Of a DNA stretch of 56,991 nucleotides, positions 39,000 to 48,166 are shown in pieces; position 1 is the first letter of the stretch; every line of letters begins with the position of its first letter. Where the stretch lies: the IMG/VR virus record IMGVR_UViG_3300025098_000048, positions 1 to 56,991 of that record, one strand, 5' to 3'. The DNA is from a virus. Taxonomy: Duplodnaviria > Caudoviricetes. A program made the position numbers and the translations under genes. The notes beneath the pieces were generated by a model. It had not been told where the DNA came from. It saw only the letters and a program-made list of their open reading frames with translations, and ran no database searches.

Positions 39000-40643
39000 A
39001 TGGGTATTACTAATATCGTTCATACAAATTACGAAATTGGGTTCGGAACTCCAAACTCAGTGCCAGATCCAACGTATTACGACATGGGTTTTGGCGCAAC
39101 AGAAAGTATAACAATCAATAATCCGTTCGATGAAGTTGAAGATTATGTTTATAAAAATACATCCGAAAGAAACTTTGGCGACCCACACGGAAATATTGGA
39201 GCGTATGTTGATGGTGATGATGTTAGATTTAGTGATAACGGTGGCCAAATAGCTGTTATCAGAGCTAAGTTTAAAGATACTTATGAAAACAATTTTCCAC
39301 AAAATAAAAGCTTAGGCCCATATCGTGTCGTTTTTGAAAGCATTACAAACGATGGCGTTATATTTCCTTCTTATAGTGGAGTTGCAGGAAGAGGAAAAAA
39401 TCTATATACAACAATAAATCAAGATAAACTTTATGCTTGTTTGCCGGTTATGCCTAAAGGCCAGTATAATGCAAGGATTTATTGGGGTGATGGATTTTTA
39501 AACAGAATAGATATTTTTAATGCACTTACTGTTGTTCATCGTAATAGATATGATGCTGCAATATCAATAAAAAGCAAAATGCCAGCTTGGCTTAAACGTG
39601 GTAAAGTTTCTGATAACTATTTGCCTTCTCAAAATTATAAAAAAGGTGAAGATAGTAAAATCGCAGTATTAACAGAGAGTTTTGCTGAAGTATTGGATTA
39701 TACAGTTTCAAGTTCTTACACGGTTACCACTGCAATAGTTAAAAAAGGTGCTACAAGCATTCCTGTTGAAACGACGTTAAGCTTTCCAGATAAAGGGTAT
39801 ATTTATATTGGTCGTCAAAAACTTTATTACAAGAGTAAAACAGATGTTTCATTTGATGGTATAGAAACTTCTCTTACACACATTATTAGAAAAAACGCAA
39901 GAGTGGAGCCTGATGTTAGTGAATTTGCTCAGCTTTATAACTTTTTCGATAGAAATCACTTAGATATTTTAAAACCTAAATGGCAAATGCGTGATGAAGA
40001 TTGGATGAAAGCTTTTAAAGTTATAAAGTTTGGTGAAAAGCAAAACACACCCGTAATATTTCAGTATTTGTATCATCTATTAGCTTCATCAATAACACCA
40101 GTTCCTTGCACAGTTTCTTCAAGTGGAGAAGTTTTAGTTCCAACTACAGCAGCAACATTTGTTGAAGCTTATAGAAATAAGTTTGTTGTTTTAGAAAAAG
40201 ATTTAGGCAATGAAGAATATGAGTATCGCTGGTTTAAGTTAAATACAACTTCAGCAGGCGTTGGTTATATGGCTAAGTATGGATGCTCATATCATATGGG
40301 CACATTCTTTGGTGAAAACGCAGATTGGCTTAATGAAACAGTTACAGCAAGAGTTTTACCTTTCTGGATTGAAAAAGATTCAGGCTGCCAGTTTAAAATA
40401 GTTTTAGATGAAGCTGTTTTACCTATAAACCCAGGATTTATTGATAAAGATTTTATTGATTTTAACGTATATTTAGGTGCTGATGATATTGGTAGAGGCA
40501 CGAACATCTTTAAGTTTTTAGTTGCAGGAGTAAAAGGAGAATTTACAACAAGAGATTGGGGCCACGATGCTGATTGGCCTCGCTCTTTAATACAAGATTT
40601 CAGGCCTCAATCTTTGGTGCTTGAACCTTCACGTCAGTTTTAG
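39000..40643 (+). CDS. putative structural protein
   Basis: GATSIPVETTLSFPDKGYIYIG..YKSKT motif common in phage virion proteins. Confidence 0.55.
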   Translation: MGITNIVHTNYEIGFGTPNSVPDPTYYDMGFGATESITINNPFDEVEDYVYKNTSERNFGDPHGNIGAYVDGDDVRFSDNGGQIAVIRAKFKDTYENNFPQNKSLGPYRVVFESITNDGVIFPSYSGVAGRGKNLYTTINQDKLYACLPVMPKGQYNARIYWGDGFLNRIDIFNALTVVHRNRYDAAISIKSKMPAWLKRGKVSDNYLPSQNYKKGEDSKIAVLTESFAEVLDYTVSSSYTVTTAIVKKGATSIPVETTLSFPDKGYIYIGRQKLYYKSKTDVSFDGIETSLTHIIRKNARVEPDVSEFAQLYNFFDRNHLDILKPKWQMRDEDWMKAFKVIKFGEKQNTPVIFQYLYHLLASSITPVPCTVSSSGEVLVPTTAATFVEAYRNKFVVLEKDLGNEEYEYRWFKLNTTSAGVGYMAKYGCSYHMGTFFGENADWLNETVTARVLPFWIEKDSGCQFKIVLDEAVLPINPGFIDKDFIDFNVYLGADDIGRGTNIFKFLVAGVKGEFTTRDWGHDADWPRSLIQDFRPQSLVLEPSRQF

Positions 40644-40655
40644 AAAGAGCTAATA

Positions 40656-41024
40656 ATGTTTCCTGTATTTTTTGAAAACAGTAAAGTTCCTAAGGTTTTG
40701 AGCAAGGTTGCACCAATAGAAATAAATGCAATAACGCTTGGGCCTTTAGTTTTTAGTCGTGGTGAGTTATCTGATAAGGTTAAAAGGCACGAAACAATTC
40801 ACTGGATGCAATACAAAGAGCTTTTGATTATAGGCTTCTTGATTGTATATCTATATGATTATCTGTTTGCTGCTGTTTTAAAGAAAAAGGGCTTTAATAG
40901 GCAATCCTATTTAGCAATAAGATTTGAACAAGAAGCATACGATAATGATACTAACGAAAATTATTTAAAAGAAAGAAAACCATATAAGTGGTTAGATTAT
41001 CCACTCGGAGGAAACAATGAATAA
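40656..41024 (+). CDS. HEXXH zincin-like small protein
   Basis: AITLGP...RHETIHWMQ...IRFEQEAY. Confidence 0.7.
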   Translation: MFPVFFENSKVPKVLSKVAPIEINAITLGPLVFSRGELSDKVKRHETIHWMQYKELLIIGFLIVYLYDYLFAAVLKKKGFNRQSYLAIRFEQEAYDNDTNENYLKERKPYKWLDYPLGGNNE

Positions 41025-41295
41025 AGATAAAAAAACACTTTCACCAATGCAAAGCAAAAAGTTTTTAGCATATTTGTTTGCAGATATCGGATGGAAAGCT
41101 ATTATCCTATATCAGTTAATGCACCTTAAAGGAAAACTGGAGCTAAATGAGCTAACTTTTTTAATAACAACAGTAATAACAGCTGGTGTAATACAGATTG
41201 GTTATATATTAGGGCAAAATTCACTTGATAAATACTTGAGTTCAGCCGTAGAGATATTTGATAGAGACGATAAACCCCCAAAAAAAGAGGGGTAA
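41017..41295 (+). CDS. two-TM membrane protein, holin-like
   Basis: SKKFLAYLF...ITAGVIQIGYILGQ; charged C-terminus. Confidence 0.55.
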   Translation: MNKDKKTLSPMQSKKFLAYLFADIGWKAIILYQLMHLKGKLELNELTFLITTVITAGVIQIGYILGQNSLDKYLSSAVEIFDRDDKPPKKEG

Positions 41296-41296
41296 T

Positions 41297-41488
41297 ATGA
41301 TTTTTGATGAAAAAACAGTGTGTGCTCTCTGTAAAAAGATAGAGTGCCAATGCACATATTACAAATGCCCTTGTGGAAAGTTAGAAATAAACTGTAAATG
41401 GCCAGAAGATAGCTTTTGCCCTTGTAGAATATGTGATGAGTTAGCTCATAACTGCTCATGCCATAAACCTTTGGAGAAGAAAGAATGA
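41297..41488 (+). CDS. 63-aa Cys-rich peptide
   Basis: 12 Cys and 2 His in CxxC/CxC patterns; GAGGGG RBS; overlaps next start. Confidence 0.65.
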   Translation: MIFDEKTVCALCKKIECQCTYYKCPCGKLEINCKWPEDSFCPCRICDELAHNCSCHKPLEKKE

Positions 41489-42186
41489 AAAAAGTTTTAT
41501 TATTCATATCTATTGTTTTTATTTACTGCTATATAAATCTGATTCAAATATTTCCAAGTTGGGCTCAAAGCTATGAATGTGATAACAACTTTGAAGATTG
41601 TGGAACACCTGAACAGAGTGGTGGTGGAGGCGGAGGAAAAGGCAGCGTTTTAATAGCAAATACAGATTTAGGTGATAGTTATCAACATGCAGATGATTAT
41701 GATGATGATGGCATTGAAGATCCATCTGATAACTGTATGAGAATGCCTAATCCACAACAACTTGATAGAGATGGAGATGGTGTAGGTGATGCTTGTGATA
41801 ACTGCCTATCAATACATAACCCCTATCAGCAAGATATGGATGGTGATATTTTAGGAGATTACTGTGATGATGATATTGATGGTGATACGTTATTAAACAG
41901 TGATGACGAATGCCCGTTTATGTATGGAAATAGTTATTGCTTTGAAGAGTTAAGCAGAGAGCATCCTCGTGATTCACAGCAAGCTATATGGATATCAGAT
42001 GAACAACCTTATAGCATAACAAGTAGGAATAAAAATCATACTAATGAGTTAGATGATAAAGAAGGCTGTAATCAAAGTTATAAAAAAGGAAGTGGGAATT
42101 GGTTATGGTGGGGTTTCTTTTTTTGGTTTATTTATTTATTCTTAAACTGGGAGAAGCCTAACAAAAACAACAAGAAAGATGATTAA
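41485..42186 (+). CDS. secreted thrombospondin type-3 repeat protein, myxobacterial MtsC-like, with C-terminal membrane anchor
   Basis: signal peptide; [34 protein letters not shown]; [22 protein letters not shown]; [17 protein letters not shown]. Confidence 0.8.
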   Translation: MKKVLLFISIVFIYCYINLIQIFPSWAQSYECDNNFEDCGTPEQSGGGGGGKGSVLIANTDLGDSYQHADDYDDDGIEDPSDNCMRMPNPQQLDRDGDGVGDACDNCLSIHNPYQQDMDGDILGDYCDDDIDGDTLLNSDDECPFMYGNSYCFEELSREHPRDSQQAIWISDEQPYSITSRNKNHTNELDDKEGCNQSYKKGSGNWLWWGFFFWFIYLFLNWEKPNKNNKKDD

Positions 42187-42191
42187 ACATT

Positions 42192-43037
42192 ATGGAAGAA
42201 AACAACGTTGTTGAAGCTGAAATAGCTATTGTAATAACAGATATTATTGCGAGCACTCGTTTCGTTCAAAAGAACGGTAAATATGCTGCTGCACGTTGGT
42301 TTTCCACACACGATAAGCTCGTTATGAGTTTAATAACGAAACATAATGGGCAATGGTTAGATAACAGCGATGGCACTTTGATGTATTTTGGTAATGTGCC
42401 AGATGCTATTGCTTTTGCATTTGCTTATAAAAAGTTTTTAAGAGTTAAGAAGTTTCCTTTTAGGAGCAGGATTGGCATTCACTGGGAAAGTATGCTGATT
42501 GTTAAAACAGAACAAAGTATGATATCAGGAGGAGCTAAACGATTAGCTATCGAAGGTATAGGTAAAAACATAGCAGCAAGAACAATGAGTTTATGCGGAT
42601 CTGAGCAAATACTTTTATCACATTCAGCTTATACAATATTTAAAAGATACGGGCACAAAAACCCATTCATACCTAAAAATGCATTATCAGCACTTGTAGG
42701 ATTATACAAGTTTAAAGGTGTTTCTGAACCTGAGCGTATTTATGCTGTTGGCTTGATTACGGAACAAATGCAACCTCCACCCGATTCAGAGAAAGCAAAG
42801 AGGATTGGTGGTGCAAAGAAAATAAAAACAAGAATGAAACATAAACGATGGAGTGAAATATTTTTTTACTTTTTATATCGCATCGGCTTTATAATGTTTT
42901 GTTATTTGATATATACTTTCTGGCCTTTACTTTCAAATGGGCAAGCTAAAGCAAGTTGGAATATTGATTACCTCGTTTTACGACCATTTGAATATATAGA
43001 TTTACTAATATGTTTTATCAAGGATTTAATAAAATGA
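42192..43037 (+). CDS. class III nucleotide (adenylate/guanylate-type) cyclase with C-terminal TM
   Basis: IVITDIIASTRF, SDGTLMYF, RIGIH, GKNIAARTMSL..EQILLS, YKFKGVSEP. Confidence 0.88.
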   Translation: MEENNVVEAEIAIVITDIIASTRFVQKNGKYAAARWFSTHDKLVMSLITKHNGQWLDNSDGTLMYFGNVPDAIAFAFAYKKFLRVKKFPFRSRIGIHWESMLIVKTEQSMISGGAKRLAIEGIGKNIAARTMSLCGSEQILLSHSAYTIFKRYGHKNPFIPKNALSALVGLYKFKGVSEPERIYAVGLITEQMQPPPDSEKAKRIGGAKKIKTRMKHKRWSEIFFYFLYRIGFIMFCYLIYTFWPLLSNGQAKASWNIDYLVLRPFEYIDLLICFIKDLIK

Positions 43038-43165
43038 AAAACAGCAGCATTCTGGAATACATCTGGATTGGTTTTCTAATAAGTGTTATCTTAACACAGT
43101 TATATATTACAAGAATTGAAATGGATAAACCTTATGGGATTGAAAAAGCAGCCAGAAGGCGCTGA
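43034..43165 (+). CDS. 43-aa single-TM peptide coupled to the cyclase
   Basis: ATGA overlap with cyclase stop; MKNSSILEYIWIGFLISVILTQLYITRIEMDKPYGIEKAARRR. Confidence 0.45.
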   Translation: MKNSSILEYIWIGFLISVILTQLYITRIEMDKPYGIEKAARRR

Positions 43166-43601
43166 TAAAGAAGTCGTTCAACAGAAAAGAGAAACAAGAG
43201 GCTGGTTATTTAGCGTTGTTTTCTTATTTACAATAATAATGCTGATTATTTTTTTAGCGTTATTTGATTTTAAAGAGAGTAATCGTGAAGTTTTAATCGG
43301 GTTGTTTGGTATTTTATTTGGTAATATACCTTCGATGATTATCATTGCGAGTGGAAGAAGCCCTGAAGAAATAGATGAATTGAAATCTAAACTTTCAAAA
43401 AGTGATGGTGATAGGCAAGCTTTGATTGCAAGGCTTAGAGATTCACAAATACAACTTCAGTTAGCGCGTCAGCAAATGTTTGAGTTGCAAGATAGTGTTA
43501 TTAATGAACTTTCTATACTTAGAGGAAAAAATCCTATTAAGAGTAGAAACGAATCAGATGTAATACTGCCTGAAATAGTTGATGAATGGACGTTAAAATA
43601 A
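43134..43601 (+). CDS. two-TM plus coiled-coil membrane protein
   Basis: WLFSVVFLFTIIMLIIFLALF, VLIGLFGILFG; track start 43116 is TTG, ATG at 43134. Confidence 0.75.
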   Translation: MGLKKQPEGADKEVVQQKRETRGWLFSVVFLFTIIMLIIFLALFDFKESNREVLIGLFGILFGNIPSMIIIASGRSPEEIDELKSKLSKSDGDRQALIARLRDSQIQLQLARQQMFELQDSVINELSILRGKNPIKSRNESDVILPEIVDEWTLK

Positions 43602-43656
43602 ACATGTATATCTTAAGTTTTATAATAAAATAAAGAAATCTTGAAAGGATTTTAAA

Positions 43657-44070
43657 ATGAAAAAACTAATATTAACAGCACTAATGCTAATTTTGCCACT
43701 TGTTGGTTGTGAAAAAGATGAAGAAAAGAAATGTGATTGCGATGAATGCCCATGTGAGCAAATTCGTGATGCAGAGCCAGAAATGGAAGATGGTGATATG
43801 GGCCTGGAGGGTGGTGCAGAACAAGAAGATTTGCCGGCTGGAGGCCAAGATGCATCTGGTGGAATGGAGCAGGACGAAGAAGAAGAAGGTGGTGAGCAAA
43901 TGGAAGAGCCTGTATTGCCTGTTGCAGGTGAGATGATGCCAGAAGAGGATTGCGGAGAAATGCCTGAGGATGAAGAAATGTGTGTTCCTGAGATGATGCC
44001 TGAGGAAGATCCTGAAGAAGATGAAGTTGTTGATTGTGAATGTGAGAGCTCAGAAGATTGTGAGTGTTAA
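43657..44070 (+). CDS. acidic low-complexity lipoprotein
   Basis: MKKLILTALMLILPLVG-C lipobox; E/D-rich with Cys clusters. Confidence 0.75.
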   Translation: MKKLILTALMLILPLVGCEKDEEKKCDCDECPCEQIRDAEPEMEDGDMGLEGGAEQEDLPAGGQDASGGMEQDEEEEGGEQMEEPVLPVAGEMMPEEDCGEMPEDEEMCVPEMMPEEDPEEDEVVDCECESSEDCEC

Positions 44071-44239
44071 AACAGCATCAATAAACGAAGAAATAGAAAA
44101 GCTTATTTCTTTAATCTTAGATAGTGATTTATCTAATAAAATAAAAGATGAATCAATAGCTTTGTTAAGATATAACATCATAAAAGAACATCAAGTAAGA
44201 AGTTATAATGAAGGTGTTAGGCCAGATGGTTTAAACTAA
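44060..44239 (+). CDS. small hypothetical protein
   Basis: GTG start overlapping previous stop, in frame with track ORF 44021..44239. Confidence 0.45.
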   Translation: MSVKTASINEEIEKLISLILDSDLSNKIKDESIALLRYNIIKEHQVRSYNEGVRPDGLN

Positions 44240-44263
44240 CATAAACTTCGAAGCAGATACAAG

Positions 44264-44289
44264 AAAACCAGCGATAAGCTGGTTTTTTT
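44264..44289 (+). terminator. intrinsic terminator closing the accessory cassette
   Basis: AAAACCAGC-GATAA-GCTGGTTTT plus T tract. Confidence 0.8.
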
Positions 44290-44348
44290 ATGTTTGATGA
44301 TTTATAATGCGCACGTTTTACATATATATAAGTATATAAGGAAAAAAA

Positions 44349-44636
44349 ATGAATGCGTCATATAACATCACAGATATCAACGTTAGGTATTTACCAGAAG
44401 ATACATTTTTTGGCAGGTGTTTGAGTATTCAAAATTGTGGTAAAGGCAATATGTTTGTTTTAAAAATAGAACACATAATAGCTAAACGAAACTACAACAA
44501 GTATGAAAAGATAAAAGTTAAGTTAAACGACCCAGATAGTATTGTTTATTTTTTTAGCAATAACATCTTTAAAGAAAGCCATTTTTTTTATTTCAAATTA
44601 AATGAAATGGGTATTCATTCTATAACAAGAATATAA
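44349..44636 (+). CDS. hypothetical protein
   Basis: TATATAAGGAAAAAAA leader. Confidence 0.6.
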   Translation: MNASYNITDINVRYLPEDTFFGRCLSIQNCGKGNMFVLKIEHIIAKRNYNKYEKIKVKLNDPDSIVYFFSNNIFKESHFFYFKLNEMGIHSITRI

Positions 44637-45173
44637 CTATTTACTTAGCTTAATACCTGCTTTGCAAACAACATAAGCATCAGCCATATCATTTACCCAT
44701 TTTTCATAAACAACATTACCTTTGTTTTTACCTCTTGATAACACTTTTGTTTCAAATTTGTATCCACGTAAATCTTTTACAACCCATTTAATAACTTGTT
44801 CCTTTTTATCCTCTGTTTTAACTATTTTGATATTTAATGTTTTCCTACAAGTATTAACGTTTAAATAAACAGGCGTTAAACCTGTATGGTTATATGCTAT
44901 GAATGAAACAATGCCGTTAAATCTTGCAAGCTGTGATATTGTTTTAGCTGAAGATAAGCCTCTTGAAAAGCTTTGAAATATATCTTCGATGTATAGTTCA
45001 GTTATATCGTAATCTTCACATAGTTTTTTGATGTAGCTATTAACTCTATCAGCTTTATGAAAAAACTCTTTATCTTTACCTGTTTCTATTTTATCCATCA
45101 TAAAAAACTTATGATTTTTAAACAAGCAAACACCTATCATTGAAGTAGATACATCTAAACCAAGCTGAAACAT
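44637..45173 (-). CDS. ruvC: RuvC-like Holliday junction resolvase
   Basis: LGLDVSTSMIGV, YIED, DMADAYVV. Confidence 0.85.
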   Translation of the reverse strand: MFQLGLDVSTSMIGVCLFKNHKFFMMDKIETGKDKEFFHKADRVNSYIKKLCEDYDITELYIEDIFQSFSRGLSSAKTISQLARFNGIVSFIAYNHTGLTPVYLNVNTCRKTLNIKIVKTEDKKEQVIKWVVKDLRGYKFETKVLSRGKNKGNVVYEKWVNDMADAYVVCKAGIKLSK

Positions 45174-45175
45174 TG

Positions 45176-45406
45176 TTATGAGGCTTCTTTTTCTTCAGAA
45201 ACTTCTTCTTGTGGCACTTCAGTTCTAAAACAAGCTAATGTTTCATAAATATGTGCGCTATCCTTAAGTGAAAATGCGCCTGCTTTTTGTGCAACAGTAA
45301 TAGCTGCAATCATAACATTAACTGCCTTAGCTTGCTCAGTTGTAATAAAAATTCCCTCTGCGGGTTGTGCTTTCATATTAATCTGTTGGCTATCTTCGAA
45401 ACTCAT
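45176..45406 (-). CDS. hypothetical protein
   Basis: VAQKAGAFSLKDSA helical motif; GAAGG RBS. Confidence 0.65.
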   Translation of the reverse strand: MSFEDSQQINMKAQPAEGIFITTEQAKAVNVMIAAITVAQKAGAFSLKDSAHIYETLACFRTEVPQEEVSEEKEAS

Positions 45407-45447
45407 GTTGTTTTACCTTTCAAGTAAATGTTTATTTTATTTTATTT

Positions 45448-46068
45448 CTATTTATTTTTTTGTTTAATGTTTTCTATTACAGAAACTAAATCTTTCTGCA
45501 AGTATTTTTCTTCTAATGAATATCCCGGTTTGCGCAATGTTAAATCATAATTTGCAGCAACATCTTCAAACCCTGTAATACCTTTGATGCAGTATCTTTT
45601 TTCATCTATCATACATATAAGGATTAACAGATCTGGCTTTTTATCTTTCTTAGCTTGATGAGCAGGTAAAATAAGTTTAGCTTTCATAGGCTTAGTTGTT
45701 GATTTTATTTCAACGCTGTAAGAATCGCCATTAAAAACAATATCAGTATCAAACCCATCTTCTTCAGCATCAGCTGAAACAGTTAAGAAAGCTTTTTTTG
45801 AAGGTTCATATCCATTTTCTTTTAGCCATTTTATAGTTGCTAACTCTGATAAGGCACCATCAATATCTCTTTGAGGATTAGCTTTTTTATTGCCCCAGTT
45901 AGATTTATAAGTTTTTAGTTTTCTATTATTTTGAAAACGTTTATGGCCTATTTTAGTAGCAAGTGCAACTTCAGTATCATCAAGCTCTATAATAAATTCA
46001 GCATAACGTTCAGATGCTATCCATTTTGAATATAGATTTTCTTTTATTTCTTGATGACGTCGATTCAT
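45448..46068 (-). CDS. PD-(D/E)xK nuclease-like protein
   Basis: GALSELA...DTDIVFNGDSYSVEIKST; likely start 46068. Confidence 0.65.
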   Translation of the reverse strand: MNRRHQEIKENLYSKWIASERYAEFIIELDDTEVALATKIGHKRFQNNRKLKTYKSNWGNKKANPQRDIDGALSELATIKWLKENGYEPSKKAFLTVSADAEEDGFDTDIVFNGDSYSVEIKSTTKPMKAKLILPAHQAKKDKKPDLLILICMIDEKRYCIKGITGFEDVAANYDLTLRKPGYSLEEKYLQKDLVSVIENIKQKNK

Positions 46069-46069
46069 T

Positions 46070-46846
46070 TTAGCAGCTGCTTTCTTTACCCCACAAATCA
46101 CCTAACCAAGGTGCAACATCATATTTTTGTTTGCTTAAGTTATGATGGCCAACAACAGAATAGTTTGTTGCTTCTTTAATACCTAAAACTTCATCAGAAT
46201 CTAACATAGGTTTTTCTTCTAAATCCATAATCATTCGTAAATCATTAATAAACTCATTAGTAATATCAGCTATTTCTGGGCATAACGAAACAACTTGTCG
46301 AGGCCCTCTTGAAGAAGGGTTAGGAACCATTTCTGCTGAAGGATGAAATACTCTTGTTTTAGCAATATGCTTTTCTACAGGGCTTTGGCAAATATCTAAC
46401 CCGATTGAATAACCATTAAACTTACCAGCGTGATACGAAACTAAACCTGTATCTAACCATTGGCTTACCTCAAAACGTTTTTCATTCGGATCATAACCAA
46501 TACCAAAATGGCTTGATACGTGCCGTGATTTAGTATTGTAAAAAATCATATAGCAATGTTTTACGTTTAAACCACCCCAATGAGCACAAATAGTATCAGC
46601 TTTACCTTTTCGCATCCTCCAGTTTTTTGTGCCATCAGGAAGTTGAAAAAGCGAATCTTTATGATCCACAACATAGCTTGCGCCAGGGATAGGAACAATT
46701 TCACCCATATGAGCAATAACTGGGCCACCAAAGTATTTTTCTGCTGCTGCTAATGAGTTTTTACCAAATACACCATCAGATGCAACACCTATTTCTTTTT
46801 GTAGGTTTTTTACATAAATCTTGTTTCTATTTACCAGTTCAAACAT
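46070..46846 (-). CDS. endolysin: peptidoglycan-binding domain plus N-acetylmuramoyl-L-alanine amidase
   Basis: LQKEIGVASDGVFGKNS; ICAHW, VSSHFGI, SYHAGKFNGYSIGLDI, VVGHHNL..KYD. Confidence 0.85.
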   Translation of the reverse strand: MFELVNRNKIYVKNLQKEIGVASDGVFGKNSLAAAEKYFGGPVIAHMGEIVPIPGASYVVDHKDSLFQLPDGTKNWRMRKGKADTICAHWGGLNVKHCYMIFYNTKSRHVSSHFGIGYDPNEKRFEVSQWLDTGLVSYHAGKFNGYSIGLDICQSPVEKHIAKTRVFHPSAEMVPNPSSRGPRQVVSLCPEIADITNEFINDLRMIMDLEEKPMLDSDEVLGIKEATNYSVVGHHNLSKQKYDVAPWLGDLWGKESSC

Positions 46847-47782
46847 TGTTTATCTTTCATTTTATCTTATATAGTATATATATCTTTCATTGTAGCAATT
46901 ATATAAAAAAAGTTAATATAATACAAAAAAAAAGTTAATATAATGTGTTTAGTTATGTTTTGAGCATATTAAAAACTTAAAAACTTAAATAAACACGACG
47001 TTAAATCAGATTTAATCTTTGCCCTTTAGTGAATATGTTTTAATGTATTTTAAGTAAAAATAAAACAGACGTTAATCTGCATATCTGAAATGTTATTGTT
47101 TTGTTATTCTGATAGGTGTAATAAATAACTGGTTATTATTTGCCTGAAAATGTATTGTTGTTTCTTTGAGTTTAGTAATCTTCTTAGAGTTTTTAGATTG
47201 CTTTTTTATTGAAAATGATTTAGCAGATTTTATTTACAACTTTTTAAAAATATTTTTTTTATTTTTTTTGTATGCTGAAAGTGTATGTATAATCATACTT
47301 TATTTAGTTTTAGAACTTTAGTAGAAAAAATAAATTGTAGTTTTTTGATTTTTTAGATATAGTTATCTTTGCCTACCTACCTACCACCACCCAAACAAAA
47401 ACAGATAAACAGTTCATTTAAATTCCATTCGTTACACTCATTACATTTAAATAAACATATTATTATTACTTTTACTCCACTCACTTCGTTCGTTACATAA
47501 AAGATAATATAATATATCAGGGTTCATCAACTAATAAAAAAAGCTCTGCGAGGGTTCCCCCGCTAGTTCATACAGTTATACAGATCTTCTAATATACTAA
47601 TCTACTATAGATACTAATATACTTTCAGTTAGTTATAACTATAACTTTAGTAATCTGAAATATATAATTTGTAATTTTTAATATAATATCTTAAAATAGT
47701 TTTACTAAAACAAGTTTATTACTAAGTTAGAGAATACTTATACTAAACTAATCTATAATATTTCAGAAAGTTATATACAAAG
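46847..47782. other. long AT-rich non-coding region, origin-like
   Basis: ~930 bp without a credible ORF between divergent genes; short direct repeats and two tandem inverted repeats at 47416-47517. Confidence 0.45.
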
Positions 47783-48166
47783 ATGGAACTTGATTTTAAT
47801 AAAATACTAAGCACTAAAGAAACTACAGAAACAGTAAATTTAGAAGATAACAAAGTATCATATTTAGATTTACTTGATACTTTATTTGAAAAATATGAGT
47901 GGTTCAAAAACAGATTTCATAATATGGATCCTCAGCATCAGAATGGTTTTAAGTTATCTTTAGATAATACAAACTCTATAGCACATCACTTAGATTTAAT
48001 TTTCAGTAAGAACTTATCTAAAGATGGTAAAACATTACCTTTAAATACTTGGCGACTAAAGAAACTTGAATACAGATTATTTATGATGCTTGGTGTGCCT
48101 GATGAAGGTGATTGTATCGAACCTGTAAATGATTTGATTTTGCCAGCAGGTATGGAACTCAAATAA
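47783..48166 (+). CDS. hypothetical protein
   Basis: 127-aa ORF. Confidence 0.65.
   Translation: MELDFNKILSTKETTETVNLEDNKVSYLDLLDTLFEKYEWFKNRFHNMDPQHQNGFKLSLDNTNSIAHHLDLIFSKNLSKDGKTLPLNTWRLKKLEYRLFMMLGVPDEGDCIEPVNDLILPAGMELK

Noticed and set aside
42192-43601. Calling the cyclase plus 2-TM gene a Pycsar system
   Set aside because: No cyclic-nucleotide-binding or recognisable PycTM/PycTIR domain is visible in the partner, and the cyclase has its own TM; kept only as an analogy.
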